From the NCBI GenBank assembly GCA_028691385.1, contig JAQUZL010000001.1, positions 1-50,120 on the forward strand: a stretch of 50,120 nt of DNA. The letters are read 5' to 3'. Position 1 is the first letter of the stretch. Every line of letters begins with the position of its first letter. Origin of the DNA: Oscillospiraceae bacterium. GTDB taxonomy: Bacteria; Bacillota; Clostridia; Oscillospirales; Oscillospiraceae. Below are positions 28,011 to 36,354 of the stretch, piece after piece. The notes beneath the pieces were generated by a model. The model did no database searches and had not been told where the DNA came from. It saw only the letters and a list, made by a program, of their open reading frames with translations. The position numbers and the translations under genes are program-made.

Positions 28011-28039
28011 TTGATTTTTGAAACACTACCCGGTATAAT
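28011..28039 (+). promoter_or_regulatory. sigma-A promoter of the activator gene (TTGATT-17-TATAAT), abutting the UAS
   Basis: TTGATT 28011-28016, 17-nt spacer, TATAAT 28034-28039. Confidence 0.55.
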
Positions 28040-28064
28040 GACAGCAAAGAAAGGGGCGAGCGCA

Positions 28065-30104
28065 GTGGATTTTGAACACTTCCCGGAGCAGCTGGCCGCA
28101 GCGCCGGTTTCACCGGGCAATGTGGCGCTGCAAAAACAGATGAAAACGGTCTGGAAGGATTTCCTTGCCGGACGCGACGTCACCGGGCGCATCAGCGCGC
28201 GCATTCTCAAGCAGTGGGAGCATTGTCGCGCGCTGGGCACCGATCCGTACTGCGCCAAGGCGGTGCGCCTGACCGACCAGCAGGCGCTGCAGCGGCGGCT
28301 GAAGGACAATGAGGCGTTGCTCAAGGTCAGCATCCCGGCCATTGATTATCTGTATCAATTTATCAGCAAGGACGAGAAGATTTTTGTGGCAGTCAGCGAT
28401 CTGGACGGCTGGCTTTTGGCGGTCAGCGGCAATTTGGCCTCCATCGACCCGGTGGACGACATCACCTATACCAATTGGAGCGAGCAGAGCATGGGCAACA
28501 ACCCCATTGGCACGTCGCTTGCCGAGAACCGCCCCGCACGGGTCGACGGATATGAGCATTACTGCATCTTTCCCCACCATTTTGCCGGCGCGGGCGCGCC
28601 GATTCATGACCCGGACGGCAAGCTGATCGGCGCGATTTCCATCACAAATCTGGCCGAGCACCAGCATTTTCATACCCTTGGCATGATTACCATGGCGGCC
28701 TACGCCATCGAAAAACAGCTGCAGCTGCGCCAATCCCGCAGTGAGCTGCAGCAGAGCAATCAGCATAAAAATGTGATTATGAGCTCCGTTTCGGAGGGAC
28801 TGATGGTGCTCAACAGCTTCAACCGGATCACCTACCTGAACCGGCGACTGTGCGGCATTATGAACGTGCGCGCGGACGAGCTGATGAACGTGGACATCGG
28901 CGACCTGCTGCCCAACAAAATGCTGCTGCGCTCGCTCTCCGATGGCGGCACCTTCACGGATTATGTGACGAAGCTGCAATATCGCGACACGGTGGTGCCG
29001 TGCATCCTGACCTGCCGCCAGATTGAAAGCGGCGGCGTCAAGGAAAAGCTGCTGATTGTCAACGAGCGCGACCGGATGGACAAGCTGGCGCAAAAGCTGA
29101 CGGCTACCAAGGCGCTGAGCACCTTTGACACCATCGTGGGCGCGTCGCTGCCGTTTCGGCATCTGGTGGAAACGGCAAAATCCATTGCCGAAACGGACTC
29201 CAACGTGCTGCTGCTGGGCGAAAGCGGCACCGGTAAGGACGTGTTTGCCCAGGCAATCCATAACTACAGCGCCCGGCACTATGGGCCGTTTGTGCCCATC
29301 AACTGCGGCGCGATTCCCAAGGAGCTGATCAACACAGAGCTGTTTGGCTACGTGGAGGGCGCGTTTACCGGCGCGAAAAAGGGCGGCAAGATCGGCCAGT
29401 TTGAGATGGCCAACGAAGGCACAATCTTCCTCGATGAGATCGGTGAGCTGCCGCTGGAGATGCAGCCGGTGCTGCTGCGCGCGCTGGAATCGCGCACCAT
29501 CCACCGCGTGGGCGACCAGAGCCAGATTCCCATCAATGTCCGCATCATTTGTGCCACCAACAAAAATTTGCTCGAGGAGGTACGGGCGGGGCGCTTCCGC
29601 GAGGATCTATATTACCGGCTGAACGTGTTTTCGCTGAATCTCATGGCCCTGCGGGAGCGGCAGGAGGATATTGGCTTGCTGGCAACCCATTTTATGGGGG
29701 TTCTGGGGCGGAAATATGGAAAAGCGGTGACTCACGTGACCGACGAGGCCATGCAGCTTATTTTGCAGTACGGCTGGCCGGGGAATATCCGCGAGCTGCG
29801 CAACTGTATCGAGCGGTGCGTGGCGCTGACAAAAACCGCGTCCATCACTGCGGATTTGCTGCCGGATGCGGTGCTGCATCGGCGCAGCCCGGCGCAGGTG
29901 CCGAGCCCGCCGCCGACTGCGCTTCCGGTTGCGCCGGCGATTGCGCCTGCGGCGGCGACCAAGCGGGATATGCTCTATGATGCGGACGCGCTGCGCGCGC
30001 TGCTTGCGCAGTGCCACTGGAACATCAGTCTGGTTTCGGCGGCCACCGGGGCGACCCGCGCCACGGTGTATCGCCGCATGGCATTATACAATATTAAAAA
30101 ATAA
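28065..30104 (+). CDS. sigma-54-dependent transcriptional activator (AcoR-like: N-terminal sensory GAF/PAS region, AAA+ domain, Fis-type HTH)
   Basis: GTG 28065 with RBS AAAGAAAGGGG. The ATG at 28038 lies inside the predicted -10 box. Contains GESGTGKD, GAFTGA, IFLDEIGEL, WPGNIRELRN and a C-terminal HTH (ATGATRATVYRRM). Confidence 0.9.
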   Translation: MDFEHFPEQLAAAPVSPGNVALQKQMKTVWKDFLAGRDVTGRISARILKQWEHCRALGTDPYCAKAVRLTDQQALQRRLKDNEALLKVSIPAIDYLYQFISKDEKIFVAVSDLDGWLLAVSGNLASIDPVDDITYTNWSEQSMGNNPIGTSLAENRPARVDGYEHYCIFPHHFAGAGAPIHDPDGKLIGAISITNLAEHQHFHTLGMITMAAYAIEKQLQLRQSRSELQQSNQHKNVIMSSVSEGLMVLNSFNRITYLNRRLCGIMNVRADELMNVDIGDLLPNKMLLRSLSDGGTFTDYVTKLQYRDTVVPCILTCRQIESGGVKEKLLIVNERDRMDKLAQKLTATKALSTFDTIVGASLPFRHLVETAKSIAETDSNVLLLGESGTGKDVFAQAIHNYSARHYGPFVPINCGAIPKELINTELFGYVEGAFTGAKKGGKIGQFEMANEGTIFLDEIGELPLEMQPVLLRALESRTIHRVGDQSQIPINVRIICATNKNLLEEVRAGRFREDLYYRLNVFSLNLMALRERQEDIGLLATHFMGVLGRKYGKAVTHVTDEAMQLILQYGWPGNIRELRNCIERCVALTKTASITADLLPDAVLHRRSPAQVPSPPPTALPVAPAIAPAAATKRDMLYDADALRALLAQCHWNISLVSAATGATRATVYRRMALYNIKK

Positions 30105-30159
30105 TCGGCGCGGCTGCATCCAGTATTGGGATGCAGCCGCAGGCTGTATCATCCGGGGT

Positions 30160-30201
30160 AAAAAGAACAGAGTGTATCAAACGATACACTCTGTTCTTTT
30201 T
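30160..30201. terminator. perfect 19-bp-arm hairpin with A-run/T-run flanks, built from two inverted UAS half-sites
   Basis: AAAAAGAACAGAGTGTATC, loop aaac, GATACACTCTGTTCTTTTT. A second GC-rich hairpin lies at 30110-30140 directly after the stop codon. Confidence 0.65.
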
Positions 30202-30233
30202 TGACGGAACACTGCTGGAAAATACAGGAGGGT

Positions 30234-30251
30234 GGAACACCGCGATACACT
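30234..30251 (+). promoter_or_regulatory. additional UAS half-site GGAACaccgCGATACACT
   Basis: Lies 77-94 bp upstream of the -24 element at 30328. Confidence 0.5.
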
Positions 30252-30327
30252 TGGATTACGTGCAAGTTATACAAATTGCAAGCTTGGCTTTGGATACAGT
30301 GCACGAAAAAGCGGCACGTCGGCAAAT

Positions 30328-30343
30328 TGGCACGCAATTTGCT
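30328..30343 (+). promoter_or_regulatory. sigma-54 (-24/-12) promoter of the CoA-transferase gene
   Basis: TGGCACgcaatTTGCT, an exact TGGCAC-N5-TTGC match. Lies about 255 nt upstream of the ATG. Confidence 0.8.
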
Positions 30344-30596
30344 CTATAACTGGCAAGTATGGTGTTTGGCCTGATGCATCGCGGGTTGCCGAAGATCCGA
30401 ACACCATTTATGAACCCCGGGAAAGAAAAAGTGAGATGCGTCAACACCCTCGGAACCGCGAAATTCGCGCAGCGCCCGGCGGTGAGCAGAACGCAGACGC
30501 AGGCTCGGCTGGCTGCAAATTTTAATACCGTTCGAGCCGCAGTACCATGCTGCGGTGAATCTGCGCCCGGAGATGGCGCAAAGGAGGACATATCTT

Positions 30597-31946
30597 ATGA
30601 CAGAATTTGAACAGGAATATCAGAGAAAACTGAAAACCGCAGACGAGGCGGTCAAGGTGGTCAAGGACGGCGATTGGATCAGCTATGGTGAGTTCGTCAC
30701 CATTACGCCGACGTTGGATCGCGCGCTGGCAAAGCGCAAAAATGAGCTGCATGACATCCATATTGAGGCCTGCACGCTGCGTTTTGACACCGAAATTCGA
30801 AAGGCAGATCCGGACGGCGAGGTGTTTGACATCAACGACCGTTCCCTCTCCCCGTACTCCCGCCGTCAGGGCTCTTATTATATGGTGGGCAGCTATGAAG
30901 AAAACATCAAGGCCATGACCATGGGACATCATCGCAATGTTGCGTTTATCTCGGTGTGCCCGATGGATGAGCACGGCTATTTTAACCTCTCCACGACCTG
31001 CTCCAACTCGCAGGCGCTCATTGACAACTGCGACCACATCATCGTGGAGGTCAACAACAACATCCCATATTGCTACGGCGGCTCCACCGCGTCGTTCCAC
31101 ATCTCACAGGTGGAATCTGTCGTCATGAGCGACAATCAGCCGCTGGAGTCCCTGCCGAAGGTGCCGTCCAACGATGCTGACATCAAGATCGCCCACCTGC
31201 TGATGAACGAGCTGGAGGACGGCTGCTGCCTGCAGCTGGGCATCGGCGGTATCCCCAACAAGGTCGGCGAGTTTATCGTGGATTCCGACGTCAAGGACTT
31301 GGGTGTTCACACGGAAATGATGATGGACGCGTTCATGAAGCTCTATCAGGCCGGCAAGGTGACCAACAAGTGCAAGGCCATCAACAAGGGTCAGATGGTC
31401 TATACCTTCGCCATGGGTTCTTCCGAGCTGTACGACTTCCTCAACCGCAACGAAACGGCGCTGAAGCTGCCGTCTAACTATACCAACGACCCGTATACGA
31501 TTGGCAAAAACCCGAAGGTGTTCGCCGTCAACAACTGCCTGCACGTGGATTTGTTCTCGCAGGTTTCCTCCGAGTCGGTGGGCAATAAGCAGATTTCCGG
31601 CGTTGGCGGCCAGTGGGACTTCATCTATGGCGCGTTCCTCTCCGAGGGCGGCAAGGGCTTTGTCTGCATGAATTCCACCGCCACCCGCAAGGATAAAGAG
31701 GGCAAGGCACATCTGGAGTCCAGAATTGTCAGCCAGTTTGTGCCGGGCACCTGCGTATCCGTGCCGCGTCACCACACCTTCTATGTGGTCACCGAGTATG
31801 GCTGCAAGAATCTCAAGGGCTTGTCCACCTGGGAGCGCGCGGAAGCCGTGGTTTCGCTTGCGCACCCGGATTTTCGCGACGGACTCATCAAAGACGCCGA
31901 AAAGGCCGGTCTGTGGAGAAAGAGCAACAAGCACGATCATTATTAA
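30597..31946 (+). CDS. acetyl-CoA hydrolase/transferase family CoA-transferase (But/Cat/4-hydroxybutyrate CoA-transferase type)
   Basis: ATG 30597 after AAGGAGGA. 449 aa. N-terminus reads EYQRKLKTADEAVKVVKDGDWISYG. Also contains LQLGIGGIPN and SGVGGQWDF. Confidence 0.85.
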   Translation: MTEFEQEYQRKLKTADEAVKVVKDGDWISYGEFVTITPTLDRALAKRKNELHDIHIEACTLRFDTEIRKADPDGEVFDINDRSLSPYSRRQGSYYMVGSYEENIKAMTMGHHRNVAFISVCPMDEHGYFNLSTTCSNSQALIDNCDHIIVEVNNNIPYCYGGSTASFHISQVESVVMSDNQPLESLPKVPSNDADIKIAHLLMNELEDGCCLQLGIGGIPNKVGEFIVDSDVKDLGVHTEMMMDAFMKLYQAGKVTNKCKAINKGQMVYTFAMGSSELYDFLNRNETALKLPSNYTNDPYTIGKNPKVFAVNNCLHVDLFSQVSSESVGNKQISGVGGQWDFIYGAFLSEGGKGFVCMNSTATRKDKEGKAHLESRIVSQFVPGTCVSVPRHHTFYVVTEYGCKNLKGLSTWERAEAVVSLAHPDFRDGLIKDAEKAGLWRKSNKHDHY

Positions 31947-31962
31947 TACAAACCGGAATACA

Positions 31963-32006
31963 GAAAAAGCAGGCCAAATCGCATTGCGATTCGGCCTGCT
32001 TTTTTC
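31963..32006. terminator. bidirectional intrinsic terminator
   Basis: GCAGGCCAAATCGCA / TGCGATTCGGCCTGC (one mismatch), flanked by an A-run and a T-run. Confidence 0.7.
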
Positions 32007-32009
32007 TGC

Positions 32010-32669
32010 TCAGATGAGCTGCAGTTCGTTGATCATCAGCTTAAACTGCAGACCCAACTTGTCCGCAGCCTTGCGGCACAGCAGCATACGATCCATAAAA
32101 ATCTCAAAATAGTCCATCACCGAGCCGTAGTGGGTGTCAACCGACAGCTTCAGCTTGATGAGCGTATGGTTTTCGTTGATTTTCAGCTCTGACTTTTTGA
32201 CCGAGTAGTTGACGCGGTCATGAATGTCAAACTTGGCCGGGTCGATGTTGCGCACGCGGCTGCGGCGCACATCGGACTTGTCCGCCAAAATCAGCGCGGC
32301 GGCCATGGGGCTGACCGGCGTGCCGGTGCCCTCGTCGTGGTTGCCGATGGCCGCCACAATCTCCGCCAGCTCGCCGGGATCCATGCCCAAGTCGGTCAGA
32401 ATGCGGAACGCCATGACCGCGCCGGATTGGGAGTGGTCAACGCGGTTGACCAGATTGCCAATATCGTGCAGCCACGCGGCAATCTGCACCAGCTCCACGG
32501 TGCGCTGCGGATAGTTCAGCGTTTCCAAAATATACTTGCTGCCAACTGCCACTGTGCCAACATGGGCAAAGCTGTGCTCGGTAAAGCCGAGGGCAATCAG
32601 CGATTCATCGGCCTTGGTGATATAGGTACTGATTGCGGGATTTCCTTTAATTGATTCAAAAGTAATCAT
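32010..32669 (-). CDS. HD-domain metal-dependent phosphohydrolase
   Basis: 219 aa. Contains HSFAHV, AAWLHDIGN (HD motif) and GNHDEG. Confidence 0.8.
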   Translation of the reverse strand: MITFESIKGNPAISTYITKADESLIALGFTEHSFAHVGTVAVGSKYILETLNYPQRTVELVQIAAWLHDIGNLVNRVDHSQSGAVMAFRILTDLGMDPGELAEIVAAIGNHDEGTGTPVSPMAAALILADKSDVRRSRVRNIDPAKFDIHDRVNYSVKKSELKINENHTLIKLKLSVDTHYGSVMDYFEIFMDRMLLCRKAADKLGLQFKLMINELQLI

Positions 32670-32799
32670 TTTTTTGCCTCCAAGCGTCTGCCAGACGCCG
32701 TCTTTCTACAGATATTCTTACCTTAATCAGTATAGCAAATGCACGTCAAAAGGAAAGCGTTTTGCAGTAAAAAATCTGTAAAATTATTGTAACGCCGCG

Positions 32800-33843
32800 T
32801 TAGTTTGCGCGGATGGCCCAGCGCAGCTTGGTGGAGTGGGCGCGGGGATTGCGATAGCACTCGGCGGCGGAGGGACGAATCACGTCAGCGGAGATTTCCC
32901 GATAGACGCCGCTCTGCAGGCCGTGCTTAAACGCCTTTTTCACCAGACGATCCTCGCCGGAGTGGAACGTCAGGATCGCGGCGCGCCCGCCGGGAGATAG
33001 CACCTGCGGCAACTTTTCCAGAAACGTATAGAGTACCTCGAACTCGCTGTTCACGTCAATGCGCAGCGCCTGAAAGGTGCGCTGGCAGGATTTTTTCAGC
33101 AGCTGCGGGCGCTGGGCAGCGGGCAGGAAGGTGAGCGCGCCCTCAATGCAGGCTACCAGCTGCCGGGTGGTTTCAATATCCGCGCCGCGGCGCAGGGTGG
33201 CGGCAATGGCGCGCGCAATCTCGTCGGCATATGGCTCGTCCGCATTTTCCGCCAGCATGTTGGCCAGCTCGTCCTCGCTGAGGGATTTCAGCCGCGCCGC
33301 GGCGGTATCGCCGGTGGTGGGATTCAGCCGCAAATCCAGCGGGCCGTCGGTTTTGAAGGAAAAACCGCGCGCGGGATTGTCAATCTGCATGGACGATACG
33401 CCGAGGTCTGCCAGCACAAAATCAAAGGGCTTGCCGGGCGCAACCTGATCGAGGTCTGCGAAATTCCGGTTTTGCAGGGTGAAAATTTCCGCCCCATAGC
33501 CGAGCGCGCGCAGGCGCGCCAGCGTTTTTGCCGACTCGATGGGGTCAATGTCCGTGGCATAGAGGTGGCCGTCGCCGCCCAGCTTTTCCAGCATCTTCTG
33601 CGTGTGGCCGCCATAGCCAAGGGTGGCGTCGAGGCCGGTTTCGCCGGGGCGAATATCCAGAACGCCCAAAATCTCATCCACCATAATGGGAATGTGCATC
33701 CCCGCCGGTGTTTTGCCGGAGGCGATGACGTGCGCTACGTCGTCCGCGTAGCGCGCGGGATTCAGCTCTTTGTATTTTTCCTCAAAATTGCGCGGATGCG
33801 TGCCGCGATAGCGCGTGCGCCGCTTGTGGGGCTGCTGTTCCAT
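32800..33843 (-). CDS. RsmH (MraW)-family SAM-dependent methyltransferase with a ~45-aa basic N-terminal extension
   Basis: ATG 33843 (RBS AAGAAGGGA). Contains HIPIMVDEIL, DATLGYGGHT, DLGVSSMQIDNPARGFSF, TFQALRIDVNSEF and FHSGEDR. Not adjacent to any cell-division genes. Confidence 0.8.
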   Translation of the reverse strand: MEQQPHKRRTRYRGTHPRNFEEKYKELNPARYADDVAHVIASGKTPAGMHIPIMVDEILGVLDIRPGETGLDATLGYGGHTQKMLEKLGGDGHLYATDIDPIESAKTLARLRALGYGAEIFTLQNRNFADLDQVAPGKPFDFVLADLGVSSMQIDNPARGFSFKTDGPLDLRLNPTTGDTAAARLKSLSEDELANMLAENADEPYADEIARAIAATLRRGADIETTRQLVACIEGALTFLPAAQRPQLLKKSCQRTFQALRIDVNSEFEVLYTFLEKLPQVLSPGGRAAILTFHSGEDRLVKKAFKHGLQSGVYREISADVIRPSAAECYRNPRAHSTKLRWAIRAN

Positions 33844-34057
33844 GGGAAGTCCCTTCTTTCTTGCAATGATCATACCACGAACGCAGAGCGTTTTGCGGGC
33901 ACATGGCGGCGCTGCCGGAGCGCCGATTGTGCCGATGCATTGGGTAAGGATCTGTTCCCGGTTATTTTACCACGAAACGGCAGGAAAGGAAAGGATTTGT
34001 GAACGCGCCGCCGTTCATCATGACCGTGTTGCGCTTTCTTACACATTCCCAAAACAG

Positions 34058-34092
34058 CAAAAAAGTGGGACGCTGCTGCGTCCCACTTTTTT
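34058..34092. terminator. bidirectional intrinsic terminator ending the TRAP operon
   Basis: GTGGGACGC / GCGTCCCAC stem with A-run and T-run flanks. Confidence 0.75.
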
Positions 34093-34133
34093 ATTCCAAA
34101 TCTCTTCCGGCTGTTTCCGCGAAACAGCGCATT

Positions 34134-34376
34134 TTACGCATCATGCGAGAGGATGCGGCGCCACGCGAAATAGCACACAGCGCCGACTGCAAGGCCGAGC
34201 AGCGCGCCAATGCCGATGTTTGCGTGAAACAGCTGGTATTCCATTGCGGCACAACCGCCGGCCAATGGGAACAGAACGAAAAACACGAGGGGATAATATT
34301 TCTCATTGCGGCCGGCACGCGGTTTTCTGTCCGCAATGGACTGCTTGCATGCTTTTTGAATCCCTTTTTGCTGCAT
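34134..34376 (-). CDS. small two-TM membrane protein co-transcribed with the TRAP genes
   Basis: 80 aa from ATG 34376 with a strong RBS (AAAGGAG, 7-nt spacing). Two hydrophobic helices. A terminator follows. Confidence 0.55.
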   Translation of the reverse strand: MQQKGIQKACKQSIADRKPRAGRNEKYYPLVFFVLFPLAGGCAAMEYQLFHANIGIGALLGLAVGAVCYFAWRRILSHDA

Positions 34377-34419
34377 CGAAATGCTCCTTTCCGGCAATTG
34401 ATGGATGGTGTTCGTTGGG

Positions 34420-35694
34420 TTACGAACCGCTGATCAGAATTGTGGTAAATGCCGGCCAGTAGGTAACCAGCGCCAGAATCACCAGCAGTAACCCAAACAT
34501 GGGCAAGACCTCTTTGCAGACGCTGCCAAACCTCGCTCTCTTGTCAAGGCCGGTGGCCAGGAAGAGGTTGACGCCCAGCGGCGGGGTCAAAAGACCCAGT
34601 GTGCAGTTCAGAACAAACATGACGCCGAACTGGACCAGGTTGATGCCGCTTGCCTGAATCAGCGGCAGCAGAATCGGCACGTAGATAAAGGTGGACGCCG
34701 TCATTTCCATGAAGCAGCCGTTGATCAGCAGCAGGACGTTGATAATGAGCAGAATGACAAACGGACTGTTGGTGACGCCCATGATGAAGGCGGACAGCTT
34801 TGCCGGCACCTGCTCGGTGGTCAGAATCCAGCTGAAGATGTTGGCTGTGGCAACAATCAGGAAGATCATTGCGTTGGTTTTGCCGCCCTCAAAGGCGACG
34901 GTGGGCAGTTCCTTGAAGCCCAAGTCCCGATAGCACATGCAGGCGACAATGATGCCGTAGATGCAGGCAACTGCTGCCGATTCGGTCGGCGTGAACAGAC
35001 CGGAATAGATGCCGCCCAGAATGATGATCGGGAACAGCAGGGCAAGAATGGAACGCTTGAAGGTGGAGCCGAGTTTTTTGAAATTGAAGGGGATGGGATC
35101 GCCGCCCCAATGATGCTTTCTCGCCATGATGTACGAGTAGGCAATGAGGATCAGACCCATGCCGATGCCGGGAATGAAACCGGCGGTGAACATGTCCTGA
35201 ATGGAAACGCCGGACAGCACCGCGTAGTTCACGAACGGAATCGACGGCGGAATGATGACGCCGATACAGCCGGCTGCGGCGGGCAGCGTGACGGAGAAAT
35301 GTACAGGGTAGCCGTCGTCAATCATGATCGGCGCGCAGATGCTGCCGATTGCAACGACGGTGGCCGGCGCAGAGCCGGACAGCGCGGCAAAGAACATGCA
35401 GCCGACGACACATACGATGGCGAGCGAGCCGTGAATCCAGCCGAACATCGCATAGCAAAAGTCGACCAGACGGCGGGAGATGCCGCCGCGCTCCATGATT
35501 TTACCTGCAAAGATAAACAGGGGGATTGCCAGCAGCGTAGTGGAGTCGCAGCCACGGAACACGCGCTGCACAATGACCTGCACGTTGGTGCCGTTCGAGA
35601 GCAGTGCAAATGTGGAGGAAAGGCCAAGGCAGCAGGCAATCGGCACATTGAGCAGAATCAGAACAATCAGGGAAACAACCAGAATGGTCAGCAT
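34420..35694 (-). CDS. TRAP transporter large permease (DctM family)
   Basis: 424 aa, polytopic. DctM-like stretches (LLTPPLGVNLF). Overlaps the dctQ-like stop. Confidence 0.92.
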   Translation of the reverse strand: MLTILVVSLIVLILLNVPIACCLGLSSTFALLSNGTNVQVIVQRVFRGCDSTTLLAIPLFIFAGKIMERGGISRRLVDFCYAMFGWIHGSLAIVCVVGCMFFAALSGSAPATVVAIGSICAPIMIDDGYPVHFSVTLPAAAGCIGVIIPPSIPFVNYAVLSGVSIQDMFTAGFIPGIGMGLILIAYSYIMARKHHWGGDPIPFNFKKLGSTFKRSILALLFPIIILGGIYSGLFTPTESAAVACIYGIIVACMCYRDLGFKELPTVAFEGGKTNAMIFLIVATANIFSWILTTEQVPAKLSAFIMGVTNSPFVILLIINVLLLINGCFMEMTASTFIYVPILLPLIQASGINLVQFGVMFVLNCTLGLLTPPLGVNLFLATGLDKRARFGSVCKEVLPMFGLLLVILALVTYWPAFTTILISGS

Positions 35695-36212
35695 GCTGCA
35701 GCGCCTCCTTCCGGTTTCAATTCTTCTTTATGCGGGTAAAATAGCTTTACAATTTCCATAATCACGCGGATGGCGCCGTCTGCCATGCCGACGCCGATGA
35801 CGCCGTACAGATAGCCGATGGGCATACGCATGGTGGAGCTGAGCTGATTTTGAGCCAGCTGATAAACTGCCATTTTGAATGCAAATGCGCAGAACATCAC
35901 AGTGAACGCGAGAATGAGAAGCTGGGTGATTAGCGTCGAAAATTTATGGAGCTTTTTCGGAATGACATAATCGACCACAACCGAAACGCCGACGTGGGTG
36001 CCATATTTGAAACCAGCGCCAGCGGCAATAAAGACGGCAACCATGTTGAGGTATGAGCTGGCCTCAAACGCCCAAGCAAGGCCGCCGCCGGCAAAGTTAC
36101 GGAGAATGACGTTGATAAACATAATAATCGCGATTGCAATGGTGGCAAATCCGACGATATATTTTTCAAACACATCCATTACCCGGTCAATTGCCGTTAA
36201 AAATTTTGGCAT
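35688..36212 (-). CDS. TRAP transporter small permease (DctQ family)
   Basis: ATG 36212 after AGGAGGGA. About 174 aa with four hydrophobic helices. The ORF-track start at 36293 lacks an RBS. Confidence 0.85.
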   Translation of the reverse strand: MPKFLTAIDRVMDVFEKYIVGFATIAIAIIMFINVILRNFAGGGLAWAFEASSYLNMVAVFIAAGAGFKYGTHVGVSVVVDYVIPKKLHKFSTLITQLLILAFTVMFCAFAFKMAVYQLAQNQLSSTMRMPIGYLYGVIGVGMADGAIRVIMEIVKLFYPHKEELKPEGGAAAC

Positions 36213-36354
36213 ATTGGAGTCCCTCCTATTGCAGGATCGAGTAAAAACTGTACTAATTTGGAATGAAAGTGCGATTCCTATCAGCGCCTGCATTGTCTAG
36301 GTAACAAGGTTGGCAATGGCATTACTGCCTGTCAGACAATGCCAATGATAGAGG

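Noticed and set aside
26585-28342. Extended 585-aa version of the thiolase ORF, and the 27900/28038 starts of the activator ORF
   Set aside because: The thiolase family N-terminus (MESCVITGAARTAVG) begins at ATG 27802 with a GGAGG RBS, and the extension would run through the sigma-54 promoter and UAS. For the activator, ATG 28038 lies inside the predicted TATAAT box, whereas GTG 28065 has a proper RBS.
33815-34462. Plus-strand ORFs of 215 aa and 144 aa between the rsmH-like gene and the TRAP operon
   Set aside because: They run antisense through a well-supported small membrane-protein gene and a bidirectional terminator. They have no RBS and no motifs.
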